Source: an uncultured Actinomycetes bacterium (GTDB lineage Bacteria > Actinomycetota > Thermoleophilia > UBA2241). Taken from it: DNA of 64,000 nucleotides. The notes under the pieces were generated by a model. The model saw nothing but the letters and a program-made list of their open reading frames with translations, did not search any database and was not told where the DNA came from. Made by a program: the position numbers and the translations under genes. The stretch covers positions 32,001-96,000 of the forward strand of contig CAVPVX010000003.1 of NCBI GenBank assembly GCA_963709345.1, in the 5' to 3' direction. Positions 9,711 to 18,120 of the stretch are shown here, piece after piece; the stretch's first letter is position 1, and every line of letters starts with the position of its first letter.

Positions 9711-10487
9711 TCAGGCGCTCTGCAGCGATATCTGGACCTCGTCGCGCACCTGCAACAATGCCGTGGTGACGGTGTCCGAATCGGCGTGATAGCGCGACGC
9801 GGGCATGGGTACGGAGATGGATGCCGAGGTGCCGTCGATGTCCGTGATCGCGACCCCCACACCGCAGATGCCGGCGCGATGCTCCTCGCGGTCGAAGGCG
9901 AGACCCGAACGACGGACCTCCTCGAGCTCCGCCATGAACGCCTTGCGGCTGATCGGCGTATCGCGCGCCGGAGCCTCCAGGCGCTTGGGCAGGCGCACCT
10001 TGACCTCTTCGGCGGAGAGTCGCGCCAGCAGAGCCTTGCCGTTGGCGGTACAGAAGGCGGGGAAGCGCGCGCCCACCCGCGAGACGACCATGAGAGACCG
10101 TTGCGGCGCCGGATGCTGAGCGATGAAGAGGACGTGCATGCCGTCGAGCACGCCTAGGTCGACAGTCTCGTTGAGCTCCCGGGAGAGACGCTCGAGATAT
10201 GGTCTCACCACAGTCGGCAGGTCGCGCTTGGCCATCGCCAGACGCATGATCCCGGGGCCCAGGTGGAGCCTGCCGGTGGCGACATCCGTGTAGATGAGGT
10301 CCTCATGCTCGAGCGCGCCGCGTATGCGGTGCACCGTCGTGCGCGGCAGTCCCGACCTGGCGACCAGCTCGCTGAAGGTCAGACCCCCGGACGAGTCGGC
10401 AGCGAGAAGCCGCAGGATCGCGGCGGCTCTGGCCAGGACCTGGACGCCGCTTCGCTGATCCTTGACCGAGCCGCTGTCGTCGCCCAC
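9711..10487 (-). CDS. IclR family transcriptional regulator
   Basis: N-terminal HTH (GLPRTTVHRI), ETVDL, CTANGKALLA and DREEH..GICGVGV. Confidence 0.93.
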   Translation of the reverse strand: MGDDSGSVKDQRSGVQVLARAAAILRLLAADSSGGLTFSELVARSGLPRTTVHRIRGALEHEDLIYTDVATGRLHLGPGIMRLAMAKRDLPTVVRPYLERLSRELNETVDLGVLDGMHVLFIAQHPAPQRSLMVVSRVGARFPAFCTANGKALLARLSAEEVKVRLPKRLEAPARDTPISRKAFMAELEEVRRSGLAFDREEHRAGICGVGVAITDIDGTSASISVPMPASRYHADSDTVTTALLQVRDEVQISLQSA

Positions 10488-10670
10488 ATCTCCTCCGTCC
10501 TCGCCACGCCCCTCACGCTCGTGCTGGTGGCGCTGCCGTCCGGGTCCCAGCCGACACTACCAAGATAATATCGCGTCGTCGCGACTTCCACCAAGCAATC
10601 GCGCCGCCGCCCGGCGTTGGGGACACGTTGGTCAAGCGTGAATGCGCATGAGCTACACTGCGGCATCGTC

Positions 10671-11792
10671 ATGGACGGTATGCAGACAACCGCTCGACCC
10701 GTCCGCGTGGGCGTCGTGCTCGCCGGAGGAGAGGCGAGGCGCATGGGCCGCGACAAGCGGCGGCTGCGCCTGGATGGCAGGACCCTGCTGGAGCGTAATC
10801 TCGCGTTCTTGCAGGGTCTCTTCCCGACCGTCGGCATCTCGGTACGGGACGCCGGGCAGGTGCCCGAAGGGCTGTCTCCGGACGTGGAGGTCATCCCCGA
10901 CCTCATCCCGGGCTCACCCCTGGGAGGACTCGCCTCGGTGCTCACCCGCTTTCGCGAACCCGTCTTCGCCCTGGCAGCCGACCTCGCCTTCCCGGAGAGC
11001 TCAGCCGTGCAGAAGGTCCTGGCTGCGTACGGCGATGTGGATGTCGCCCTGCCGATCGCCGAGGGTCACCTTGAACCACTACATGCCGTGTACGGGCCCG
11101 GCTGCCTGCCGCACATCGAGCGTCTGCTGGCAGCCGGCGCGCGTAGCATCCTGGACCTCTACCCTGAGGTGCGCATCACGCGAGTCCCCTTTGCAGACAC
11201 CGTGCCGTTCTTCAACGTCAACACGCCGCTGGATTGGGACGAGGCGCGGCGCCGGCAAGTGACAGAGGGCGGCGCGGCTGCTGTCTGCCGCCCGGCCGTG
11301 CTCGGGATCGTCGGCAAGCCCGGCAGCGGCAAGACCACGCTCATCGAGCGTCTGATCCCCGAGTTCACGACCAAGGGACTCCGGGTGGGAGCGGTCAAGA
11401 ACGTGGCGAGCTTCGAGATCGACGTGCCGGGCAAGGACTCCTGGCGGCACGCGCAGGCAGGGGCGTCGGCGTACGCGGTCGCCTCGGCCTCCAAGCTCGC
11501 CTTCGTTGCGCGGCAGACGCCGGGTGAAGTCGGGCTCGGAGCGATCGTCGACCGCTACTTCGGCGGCTACGACCTCGTCGTCTGCGAAGGATACCGGCAC
11601 GAGTCGCCTCAGGTGATCGAGGTGTTCCAGCGCAGCGCAGGCCACGCCGGGCCGGTCTGCGAGCCGGACGAGCTACTCGCCCTCGTCACCGACACGGACC
11701 TCCCTCACACGCACCGTTTCTCACTCGACGAGCCGTCCCGGCTGGCCGACTTTCTGGAGGCCGAACTCGGCCTCGTCGCGCGCCCGGCGTGA
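10671..11792 (+). CDS. mobAB: Bifunctional MobA-MobB molybdenum cofactor guanylyltransferase (copy 1)
   Basis: LAGGEARRMGRDK, PLGG, EPLHAVY and FFNVNTP (MobA); GKPGSGKTT, GKDSWRH and CEGYR (MobB); start could be 10680. Confidence 0.88.
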   Translation: MDGMQTTARPVRVGVVLAGGEARRMGRDKRRLRLDGRTLLERNLAFLQGLFPTVGISVRDAGQVPEGLSPDVEVIPDLIPGSPLGGLASVLTRFREPVFALAADLAFPESSAVQKVLAAYGDVDVALPIAEGHLEPLHAVYGPGCLPHIERLLAAGARSILDLYPEVRITRVPFADTVPFFNVNTPLDWDEARRRQVTEGGAAAVCRPAVLGIVGKPGSGKTTLIERLIPEFTTKGLRVGAVKNVASFEIDVPGKDSWRHAQAGASAYAVASASKLAFVARQTPGEVGLGAIVDRYFGGYDLVVCEGYRHESPQVIEVFQRSAGHAGPVCEPDELLALVTDTDLPHTHRFSLDEPSRLADFLEAELGLVARPA

Positions 11793-11879
11793 CCGCATCG
11801 GCGTCGCCGCCGCCCCGGCACCTCGCCGACGCGGCCTGCTGGCGTCCGTCTTGACCCCAGTGCTACTCTCTGTGGCAGT

Positions 11880-12020
11880 CCGACTCCAAGCCCTCCGCCC
11901 TACGGCTCTCGCTACGGGCGCCGGGCCGTACCATGGATAGACCATGGGGCGGCGATGCTTGTCGCCGTCGTGGGCCCGCGGTGGAAACGCCTGGACCTCC
12001 CCGTGCTTGGAAAGGAGCAA
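11880..12020 (+). ncRNA. Moco (molybdenum cofactor) riboswitch / Moco RNA motif
   Basis: ACTCCAAGCCC..GCCCTA..GCTACGGGCG..GGGCCGT...GGTGGAAACGCC..CCTCCCCGTGCTTGGAAAGGAG follows the E. coli moaA leader layout; 5' CTCC can pair with the GGAG ribosome-binding site of modA; extended -10 TGcTACTCT at 11861-11869. Confidence 0.88.
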
Positions 12021-12025
12021 GGGAC

Positions 12026-12904
12026 ATGATCGAAGGCCCGACCCCGCAGGGTCGGGCCGCCGAGGCAGCGCCGCAAGGCGCGGCGCTCACGGCGGCCCGC
12101 TCCCCGCATCCCTCCAGCCCACGCGGTCGGCTCCGGCGACTCGTCGCCCCCCTCGCCGCAGGCATCCTGGCGATCGCCCTCCTCGGCACCGCGGCATGCG
12201 GTGAAGAGTCCTCCGGCGCGGCCGCCCGGGAGGCGACGAAGATCGACGTCTTCGCCGCCGCCTCGCTCACGGCGGCCTTCACGGAGATGGCCGACGGTTT
12301 CACCGCCGCCCACCACGACGTCGAGGTCGCCCTCAACTTCGCCGGCAGCAACGACCTCGCTACGCAGATCCAGCAGGGCGCGCCCGCCGACGTGTTCGCC
12401 TCCGCCGACACCGCGAACATGGACAAGGTCGGCGACCTCGTCGATACGCCACAGACGTTCGCCGGCAACAGACTTGCCATCGCGGTCGCGCCGGGCGACC
12501 CGATGCACGTCGAGGGACTGGCCGACCTGAGCCGACAGGACCTCAAGGTCGTGCTCGCTGCGCCGGACGTGCCTGCCGGCAAGTACGCCGGCGAGATCCT
12601 GGAGCGCGCCGGCGTCAGCGTGACGCCCGTCTCGCTGGAGATCACCGTGAAGGGCGTCGTCACCAAGGTGGCTCTGGGCGAGGCCGACACCGGCATCGTC
12701 TACGTGACCGACGTCACCGCCGCCGACGGCGAGATCGACTCGGTCGAGATCCCCGACGCGGAGAACGTCATCGCAAGCTACCCCATCGCCACGGTCGCTG
12801 CCGGCGACGACGAGATCGAGGCGCAAGCCTTCCTCGACTTCGTCCTCTCGGCCGAGGGCCAGAAGATCCTCGCGAAGTACGGATTCCTCCCGCCGCCGCA
12901 ATGA
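12026..12904 (+). CDS. modA: Molybdate ABC transporter substrate-binding lipoprotein
   Basis: Lipobox-like TAAC, VFAAASL, FAGSNDLATQI..GAPADVFASA, VPAGKY and GIVYVTD. Confidence 0.95.
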   Translation: MIEGPTPQGRAAEAAPQGAALTAARSPHPSSPRGRLRRLVAPLAAGILAIALLGTAACGEESSGAAAREATKIDVFAAASLTAAFTEMADGFTAAHHDVEVALNFAGSNDLATQIQQGAPADVFASADTANMDKVGDLVDTPQTFAGNRLAIAVAPGDPMHVEGLADLSRQDLKVVLAAPDVPAGKYAGEILERAGVSVTPVSLEITVKGVVTKVALGEADTGIVYVTDVTAADGEIDSVEIPDAENVIASYPIATVAAGDDEIEAQAFLDFVLSAEGQKILAKYGFLPPPQ

Positions 12905-12926
12905 CACTCCCGCCGACAGCGGCCGC

Positions 12927-13880
12927 ATGACGCCGGCCGCGAAACCTCCCGAGGTACCGACCGACGCGCATGGCGCCGCGGGTGACATCGCCGTGATCGC
13001 GGGCGACTCTATCGAGCCTCGGCCACCCCGGCGCGCTCCGATCCCGTGGTCCCGGCCGGCGGAGGCCGCGACCTCCGCGGCGTTCGTCCGCTCCCGCGGC
13101 CGCAGTCGGGCACCGATCGGGTTCACATCGCTCGCCGTCATCGCGATCGCGTTTCTCGCCTTGCCGCTGGTCGCCCTCGTCGTGCGCGCGCCCTGGCGGA
13201 GCCTGCCCGACGACCTGGCCGCCCCAGGCGTGCTCACCGCGCTTCGCCTCTCGCTCGTCTGCTCTGTCGCAGCCGTCGGCATCTCGCTGCTGCTCGGGGT
13301 CCCTCTCGCCTGGCTGCTCGCGCGCGTACGCTTCCGGGGTCGGAACATCGTTCGTGCCGTCGTCCTGCTGCCCATGGTCCTTCCGCCGGTCGTCGGCGGC
13401 GTCGCGCTGCTTCTCGCCTTCGGCCGCCAAGGACTCGCCGGTCAATGGCTCGATCGCATCTTCGGTGTCACCCTGCCCTTCTCGACGGCAGGCGCGATCT
13501 TCGCCGAGGCCTTCGTCGCGATGCCCTTCCTCATCATCACCGTCGAGGCCGGCATCCGCTCCATGGACCGGCGCTACGAAGACGCTGCGGCCACCCTGGG
13601 CGCCGGCCGCTGGATGACGTTCCGCCGGGTCACGCTGCCGCTGATCGCCCCCGCGCTGGGCGCCGGCGCCGCGCTCTGTTGGGCACGAGCGCTGGGTGAG
13701 TTCGGGGCGACGATCACGTTTGCCGGCAACCTGCCCGGCGCCACCCAGACGATGCCGCTCGCCGTCTACCTTGCCCTGCAGAGCAACCCCGACGCGGCGA
13801 TCGCGCTGAGCCTCGTCATGCTGGCGATCTCTCTGACAGTCCTCGTGGCCCTGCGCGGCCGCTGGTTCCCGTCGCGATGA
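12927..13880 (+). CDS. modB: Molybdate ABC transporter permease
   Basis: LPMVLPPVVGG, YEDAAATLGA (EAA loop), WARALGEFGATITFAGN; true start may be downstream. Confidence 0.93.
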   Translation: MTPAAKPPEVPTDAHGAAGDIAVIAGDSIEPRPPRRAPIPWSRPAEAATSAAFVRSRGRSRAPIGFTSLAVIAIAFLALPLVALVVRAPWRSLPDDLAAPGVLTALRLSLVCSVAAVGISLLLGVPLAWLLARVRFRGRNIVRAVVLLPMVLPPVVGGVALLLAFGRQGLAGQWLDRIFGVTLPFSTAGAIFAEAFVAMPFLIITVEAGIRSMDRRYEDAAATLGAGRWMTFRRVTLPLIAPALGAGAALCWARALGEFGATITFAGNLPGATQTMPLAVYLALQSNPDAAIALSLVMLAISLTVLVALRGRWFPSR

Positions 13881-14935
13881 GCCTTCTCGCGGAGATCGGG
13901 CTTCGGAAGGGCGCCCTCGATCTGCGCGCAGAGCTGCAGGTGGCGAGCGAGGGCGTCGTCGTCCTGCTGGGGCCCAACGCCGCCGGCAAGACGACGCTGC
14001 TGCGCGCCCTGGCGGGATTGATCCCGATCGAGACCGGCAGGATCGTGCTGGACGGCATCGTCGTAGACGACCCAAGCCGGAGCATCTGGGTCCCGACGGA
14101 GCAGCGCCCCATCGGGGTCGTCTTCCAGGACTACCTCCTCTTCCCGCATCTCTCGGTGCTCGACAACGTCGCCTTCGGCCTGCGCGCCCGGGGCGCCGGA
14201 CGGCACGCCGCCAAAGACGCGGCCACATCCTGGCTCGAGCGCGTCGGCCTGAGCGACCACGCGGGCGAGCGCCCCAAAGCGCTGAGCGGCGGGCAGGCTC
14301 AGCGGGTCGCGCTCGCGCGCGCGCTCGCCACCGATCCCCGCCTGCTGCTGCTCGACGAGCCGCTCTCCGCAATGGACGCAGGCGCACGCGCCGAGCTCCG
14401 CCGCGACCTCACCCGGCACCTTGCGTCGTTCGAGGGCACGGCGCTCGTTGTGACCCACGACCCCATCGAGGCGATGACGCTCGGCGACCAGCTCGTCGTG
14501 CTGGAGAAGGGCCGCGTGATCCAGTGCGGCACTCCGGAGGAGCTGGCCTCGCGGCCGCGCTCCGACTACGTCGCCCAGCTCGTCGGGCTCAACCTCTTCC
14601 GGGGAAGCGCGTGCGCCGAGACGATAGAGCTGGCCGGAGGAGAGCGCATCATCAGCGCCACGCCCACGGACTGCGACGGCGAGGTGTTCGTCGTGATCTC
14701 ACCTCACGCGATCGCGCTGCACAGGGTCCACCCCGAAGGCTCCCCGCGCAACGTCTGGCCGGGGACGGCCGGAGCGCTGGACGTCGTCGGCGAGCGCATC
14801 CGTGTGCACGTCGCCGGCCCGGTACCTCTCGTGGCTGAAGTCACGCCGGCCGCCGTCGCCGCTCTGCATCTCGGAGAGGGCGGACCCGTCTTCGCCTCGG
14901 TCAAGGCAACGGAGGTCGAGGTGTACCCCGCGTGA
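13877..14935 (+). CDS. modC: Molybdate ABC transporter ATPase with TOBE domain
   Basis: GPNAAGKT, LSGGQ, LLLLDEP, VTHD and C-terminal AEVT..L.L..G..VFASVKA. Confidence 0.93.
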   Translation: MSLLAEIGLRKGALDLRAELQVASEGVVVLLGPNAAGKTTLLRALAGLIPIETGRIVLDGIVVDDPSRSIWVPTEQRPIGVVFQDYLLFPHLSVLDNVAFGLRARGAGRHAAKDAATSWLERVGLSDHAGERPKALSGGQAQRVALARALATDPRLLLLDEPLSAMDAGARAELRRDLTRHLASFEGTALVVTHDPIEAMTLGDQLVVLEKGRVIQCGTPEELASRPRSDYVAQLVGLNLFRGSACAETIELAGGERIISATPTDCDGEVFVVISPHAIALHRVHPEGSPRNVWPGTAGALDVVGERIRVHVAGPVPLVAEVTPAAVAALHLGEGGPVFASVKATEVEVYPA

Positions 14936-14984
14936 CCACGCCGGAGCGCTGGGCCCTCGCTCCGCCGGGTAGACTGGCGCCACC

Positions 14985-16106
14985 ATGAGGACGGCGCGCA
15001 ATGACACCCGGGTGGACACAGGGGTACTCCTCGCCGGCGGCAGCGGGCGCCGCGCCGGCGTGGACAAGCGACTCCTCGTCCTCGAGGGCCGCACGCTGCT
15101 GCAGCGCAACCTCGGCTTCCTGCGCGGCCTCTTCCCCTCGGTCGCGGTGGCGATCGGACACGGCCAGGAGCTGGATCTCGGCGATGATGTAAGCGTGGAG
15201 ATCCTGCACGACGCCTGGCCAGGCGGCTCGCCGCTCGCCGGGATCGCCACCGCACTGCGCCACTTCGACCGGCCCGTGTTCGCCCTGGCGGTGGACATCG
15301 CCTATCCGCAGCGAGAGGCGGCCGAGGCGGTACTCGCGGCCTTCCCCGGCTACGACGTCTCGATGCCGGCGATCGGGGAGATGCACCACCAGCCTCTCTT
15401 CGCCGCCTACGGGCCGGCCTGCCTCGCGCCGATGTCAGCGCTGCTCGACGCCGGCCGCCACCGCATCGTCACGATCCTGCCCGACTTGCGCGTCACCGAG
15501 GTCCGGTTTCCCGACGACTCGTTGTTCCGTAACATCAACACCATGAACGACTATGAAGCAGCGAAAGGCGATGTCGCGGGCCAGACTGCAGGCGGCACTG
15601 ATCGGCAGCCGGCCCTCGTGGCCATCGTGGGCAAGAGCGACTCCGGCAAGACGACGCTCATCGAGAAGGTCGTGCCCGAGCTCGTGAAGCTCGGCCTGCG
15701 CGTCGGAACCGTCAAGCACGACGCGCACAGCTTCGAGATCGACCACCCCGGCAAGGACTCCTGGCGACACGGACAGGCCGGGGCCCAGGCCTACGTCATC
15801 GCCTCGCCCGAGCGACTCGCCTTCATTACGAAGCTGGACGGCGAGATGCCGCTGACCGAGATCGCGCAGCGCTACTTCGGCGGATTCGACATCGTCGTCG
15901 CCGAAGGCTACAAGCGCACGGCGCCGCACCGCGTGGAGCTGTTCCGCGCAGGCGCCGGGCATGCCGAGCCGCTCTGCGGGCCCGGCGAGGCGATTGCCCT
16001 CGTCACCGACGCCGACCTGCAGCACGAGCATCTCTTCGGCATCGAGGACGCGGCGAGCCTCGCACGCTTCCTGACGCTACGGCTCGACGCCCTCCGCGCG
16101 TACTGA
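14985..16106 (+). CDS. mobAB: Bifunctional MobA-MobB (copy 2)
   Basis: LAGGSGRRAGVDK and FRNINT; GKSDSGKTTLIEK, VKHDAH, GKDSWRH and AEGYK. Confidence 0.9.
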   Translation: MRTARNDTRVDTGVLLAGGSGRRAGVDKRLLVLEGRTLLQRNLGFLRGLFPSVAVAIGHGQELDLGDDVSVEILHDAWPGGSPLAGIATALRHFDRPVFALAVDIAYPQREAAEAVLAAFPGYDVSMPAIGEMHHQPLFAAYGPACLAPMSALLDAGRHRIVTILPDLRVTEVRFPDDSLFRNINTMNDYEAAKGDVAGQTAGGTDRQPALVAIVGKSDSGKTTLIEKVVPELVKLGLRVGTVKHDAHSFEIDHPGKDSWRHGQAGAQAYVIASPERLAFITKLDGEMPLTEIAQRYFGGFDIVVAEGYKRTAPHRVELFRAGAGHAEPLCGPGEAIALVTDADLQHEHLFGIEDAASLARFLTLRLDALRAY

Positions 16107-16192
16107 TCGCGCGTCCGCGGAGCAGGCTCACGCCGACCGCGCCGAGGATGGCTTCGGTCGCGGCGACTGATCATCGGCGAGCGCCTGCCGAC

Positions 16193-16221
16193 TTGATTGC
16201 CTCGCAGCGGAGCCGTACAGT
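16193..16221 (+). promoter_or_regulatory. Sigma70-type promoter, duplicate copy 1 (TTGATT-17-TACAGT)
   Basis: Hexamers with 17-nt spacer, conserved between the two repeat units. Confidence 0.6.
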
Positions 16222-16280
16222 GTGACTGGAGAGCGCGTCAGCCGCTCCGCGACCCAATCGCGACCGCGTCGCGTTCACGG

Positions 16281-16448
16281 CTGTTCCGCCTCGGTGCCGG
16301 CCACAGCGAACCGCTCTGCGGACCGAGCGAAGCGATGGCCCTCGTCACCGACGCGGACCTCGAGCACGAACACCGTTTCGGCCTGGACGACGGCGCCGGC
16401 CTCGCCCGCTTTCTCGCCGTCCGGCTCGACGCGTTGCGCGACTACTGA
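16281..16448 (+). pseudogene. Duplicated 3' fragment of mobB (55 codons, no start codon)
   Basis: LFRLGAGHSEPLCGPSEAMALVTDADLEHEH..LARFLAVRLDALRDY matches the end of mobAB copy 2 at 42 of 55 residues (manual count). Confidence 0.85.
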
Positions 16449-16550
16449 TCGCGACCTCGGTGCCCACGAGATCCTGAAGGCCGGACCCGGGTCCTTGAAT
16501 CCGGCGCCGCTTCGGTCGCGCCGACTATTCATCGAAGAGCGCCTGCCGAC

Positions 16551-16579
16551 TTGATTGACCACGCACGGAGCCGTACAGT
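16551..16579 (+). promoter_or_regulatory. Sigma70-type promoter of tatA (TTGATT-17-TACAGT)
   Basis: Hexamers with 17-nt spacer about 75 nt upstream of the tatA ATG. Confidence 0.65.
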
Positions 16580-16652
16580 GTGGGGAGACAGTCGGTCGAA
16601 CCGCATCGCGCCTTCCGCGACGGCGTCGCGTTCACAGACAGGAGACTGCGAC

Positions 16653-16865
16653 ATGCCCAACCTCGGTGCACCAGAACTCATCATCATCGCCCTCGTTGTC
16701 CTGCTGCTGTTCGGCGCCACGCGTCTGCCCAAGCTCGGCCGGTCCATGGGCCAGAGCATCCGTGGCTTCAAGCAGGGCCTGAACGACGACACCGAAGAGG
16801 CGGCGGCCGACGTCAAGCTCGACGCCAAGACCCTCGACAAGAACGAGGACGACAAGGACTCCTGA
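16653..16865 (+). CDS. tatA: Sec-independent protein translocase TatA
   Basis: [40 protein letters not shown]; RBS AGGAG. Confidence 0.95.
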   Translation: MPNLGAPELIIIALVVLLLFGATRLPKLGRSMGQSIRGFKQGLNDDTEEAAADVKLDAKTLDKNEDDKDS

Positions 16866-16885
16866 GCGCCGGGAATGAACGAACC

Positions 16886-16913
16886 CGACGGCCCGCCTCC
16901 CGGCGGGCCGTCG
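16886..16913. terminator. Hairpin between convergent tatA and ispF
   Basis: CGACGGCCCGCC-tccc-GGCGGGCCGTCG 12-bp inverted repeat. Confidence 0.65.
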
Positions 16914-16917
16914 TCGT

Positions 16918-17391
16918 TTAGCGGCTGAGAAGGCAGACGGCAAGGGCGGCGATGCCCTCGCCCCGGCCCTCGAAGCCCATGCCCTCGGTGGTCGTCGCCT
17001 TGACGCTCACGGCGTCGCTGTCGACGCCGAGGGCGGCGGAGAGCCGCTCGCGCATCTCGAGACGATAGCCTGCGACGCGCGGCCGCTCGCAGACCAGCGT
17101 CACGTCCGCGTTCGCGACCTGCCACCCGTTCTTGCTGAGCCACGTCATGACCTTGTCGAGCAGATCCATGCTGGAGGCCCCCGCGAAGGCGGGGTCGGTG
17201 TCGGGAAAAAGTTCGCCGATGTCGCCGAATCCGGCCGCGCCGAGCAGGGCGTCCATCAGAGCATGGACGCCGACGTCGGCGTCGGAGTGCCCGGCAAGCC
17301 CTTGCGGGTGGTCGACCGGCACGCCGCAGAGCACCAGCGGACGCCCGTCGGCGAAGCGATGGGCGTCGTAACCGCTGCCGACCCTAAACGT
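16918..17391 (-). CDS. ispF: 2-C-methyl-D-erythritol 2,4-cyclodiphosphate synthase
   Basis: RVGSGYDAHRF, GHSDADV, GDIGELFPDTD and KATTTEGMGF; the expected start position reads ACG. Confidence 0.93.
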   Translation of the reverse strand, partial: TFRVGSGYDAHRFADGRPLVLCGVPVDHPQGLAGHSDADVGVHALMDALLGAAGFGDIGELFPDTDPAFAGASSMDLLDKVMTWLSKNGWQVANADVTLVCERPRVAGYRLEMRERLSAALGVDSDAVSVKATTTEGMGFEGRGEGIAALAVCLLSR

Positions 17392-18106
17392 CTTCCTCCA
17401 CCTCCCACGAAAGCAGAGCGCCGGCCAGCGGGAGGTCCGCCGGCGTGGTGATCTTGACGTTGGCCGGCGTGGAGCCGACGAGCTTGACCTTGTAGCCGCC
17501 GCGCTCGAGCAGCGCGGCATCGTCGGTCGCGCGCTCCAGGTCGGAACGGGAGTAGACGTCGCGCAGGGCGGCGGCGCGGAAGACTTGCGGAGTCTGCGCC
17601 GCCCACAGCCCGCTGCGGTCCACGGTGGCCTGCACCGCGCAGTCGTCACCGCCACGCTTGAGCGTGTCGCTGATCTCGATCGCGGGGACGGCGCCGGCGG
17701 CCTCGTCCAGAGCGTCCAGACAGGCCTCGAAGACCCTCCGGGAGAACAGCGGGCGGGCGCCGTCGTGCACGGCGATGACCGCTGCACCGTCCGGCACTTC
17801 GAGCAGCCCGGCGCGCACGGAGTCGGTGCGCGTCGTGCCGCCCTCCGCGATGAGGAGCGGCTTGACGTCGTCGAACGCCATGAGTTCGCCAGCGAAGCGC
17901 ACAGTGTGCGACGGGTGCAGCACGACGACGATGCCGTCGACGCACTCCATCGCGAACAGCCGGCGTACCGAGTGTGAGAGGATCGTATCGCCGCCGAGGA
18001 GCAGGAACTGCTTGGACTCCCCGTCCGGCAGTCCCATACGCCGGCTGTCGCCGGCGGCGGCGACGATGACCCAGGTCTCTCCGGGCTGCTGCTCCTCCAC
18101 GTCCAT
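17384..18106 (-). CDS. ispD: 2-C-methyl-D-erythritol 4-phosphate cytidylyltransferase
   Basis: AAAGDSRRMG..KQF, GGTTRTDSV, VHDGARP, AQTPQ, TDDA and NVKITTPADL. Confidence 0.95.
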   Translation of the reverse strand: MDVEEQQPGETWVIVAAAGDSRRMGLPDGESKQFLLLGGDTILSHSVRRLFAMECVDGIVVVLHPSHTVRFAGELMAFDDVKPLLIAEGGTTRTDSVRAGLLEVPDGAAVIAVHDGARPLFSRRVFEACLDALDEAAGAVPAIEISDTLKRGGDDCAVQATVDRSGLWAAQTPQVFRAAALRDVYSRSDLERATDDAALLERGGYKVKLVGSTPANVKITTPADLPLAGALLSWEVEEDV

Positions 18107-18120
18107 CCCCCCAGTCGGTT

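Larger units (their letters stand above)
15939..16640 (+). repeat. Diverged tandem duplication (~340-360 bp unit: mobB 3' end plus tatA promoter region)
   Basis: Units ~15939-16280 and ~16281-16640 share GCTTCGGTCGCG, GAGCGCCTGCCGACTTGATTG, GGAGCCGTACAGTGTG and GCGTCGCGTTCAC. Confidence 0.85.

Noticed and set aside
16150-16640. CRISPR-like repeats near tatA
   Set aside because: There are only two diverged copies ~358 bp apart, explained by a segmental duplication; no spacers or cas genes.
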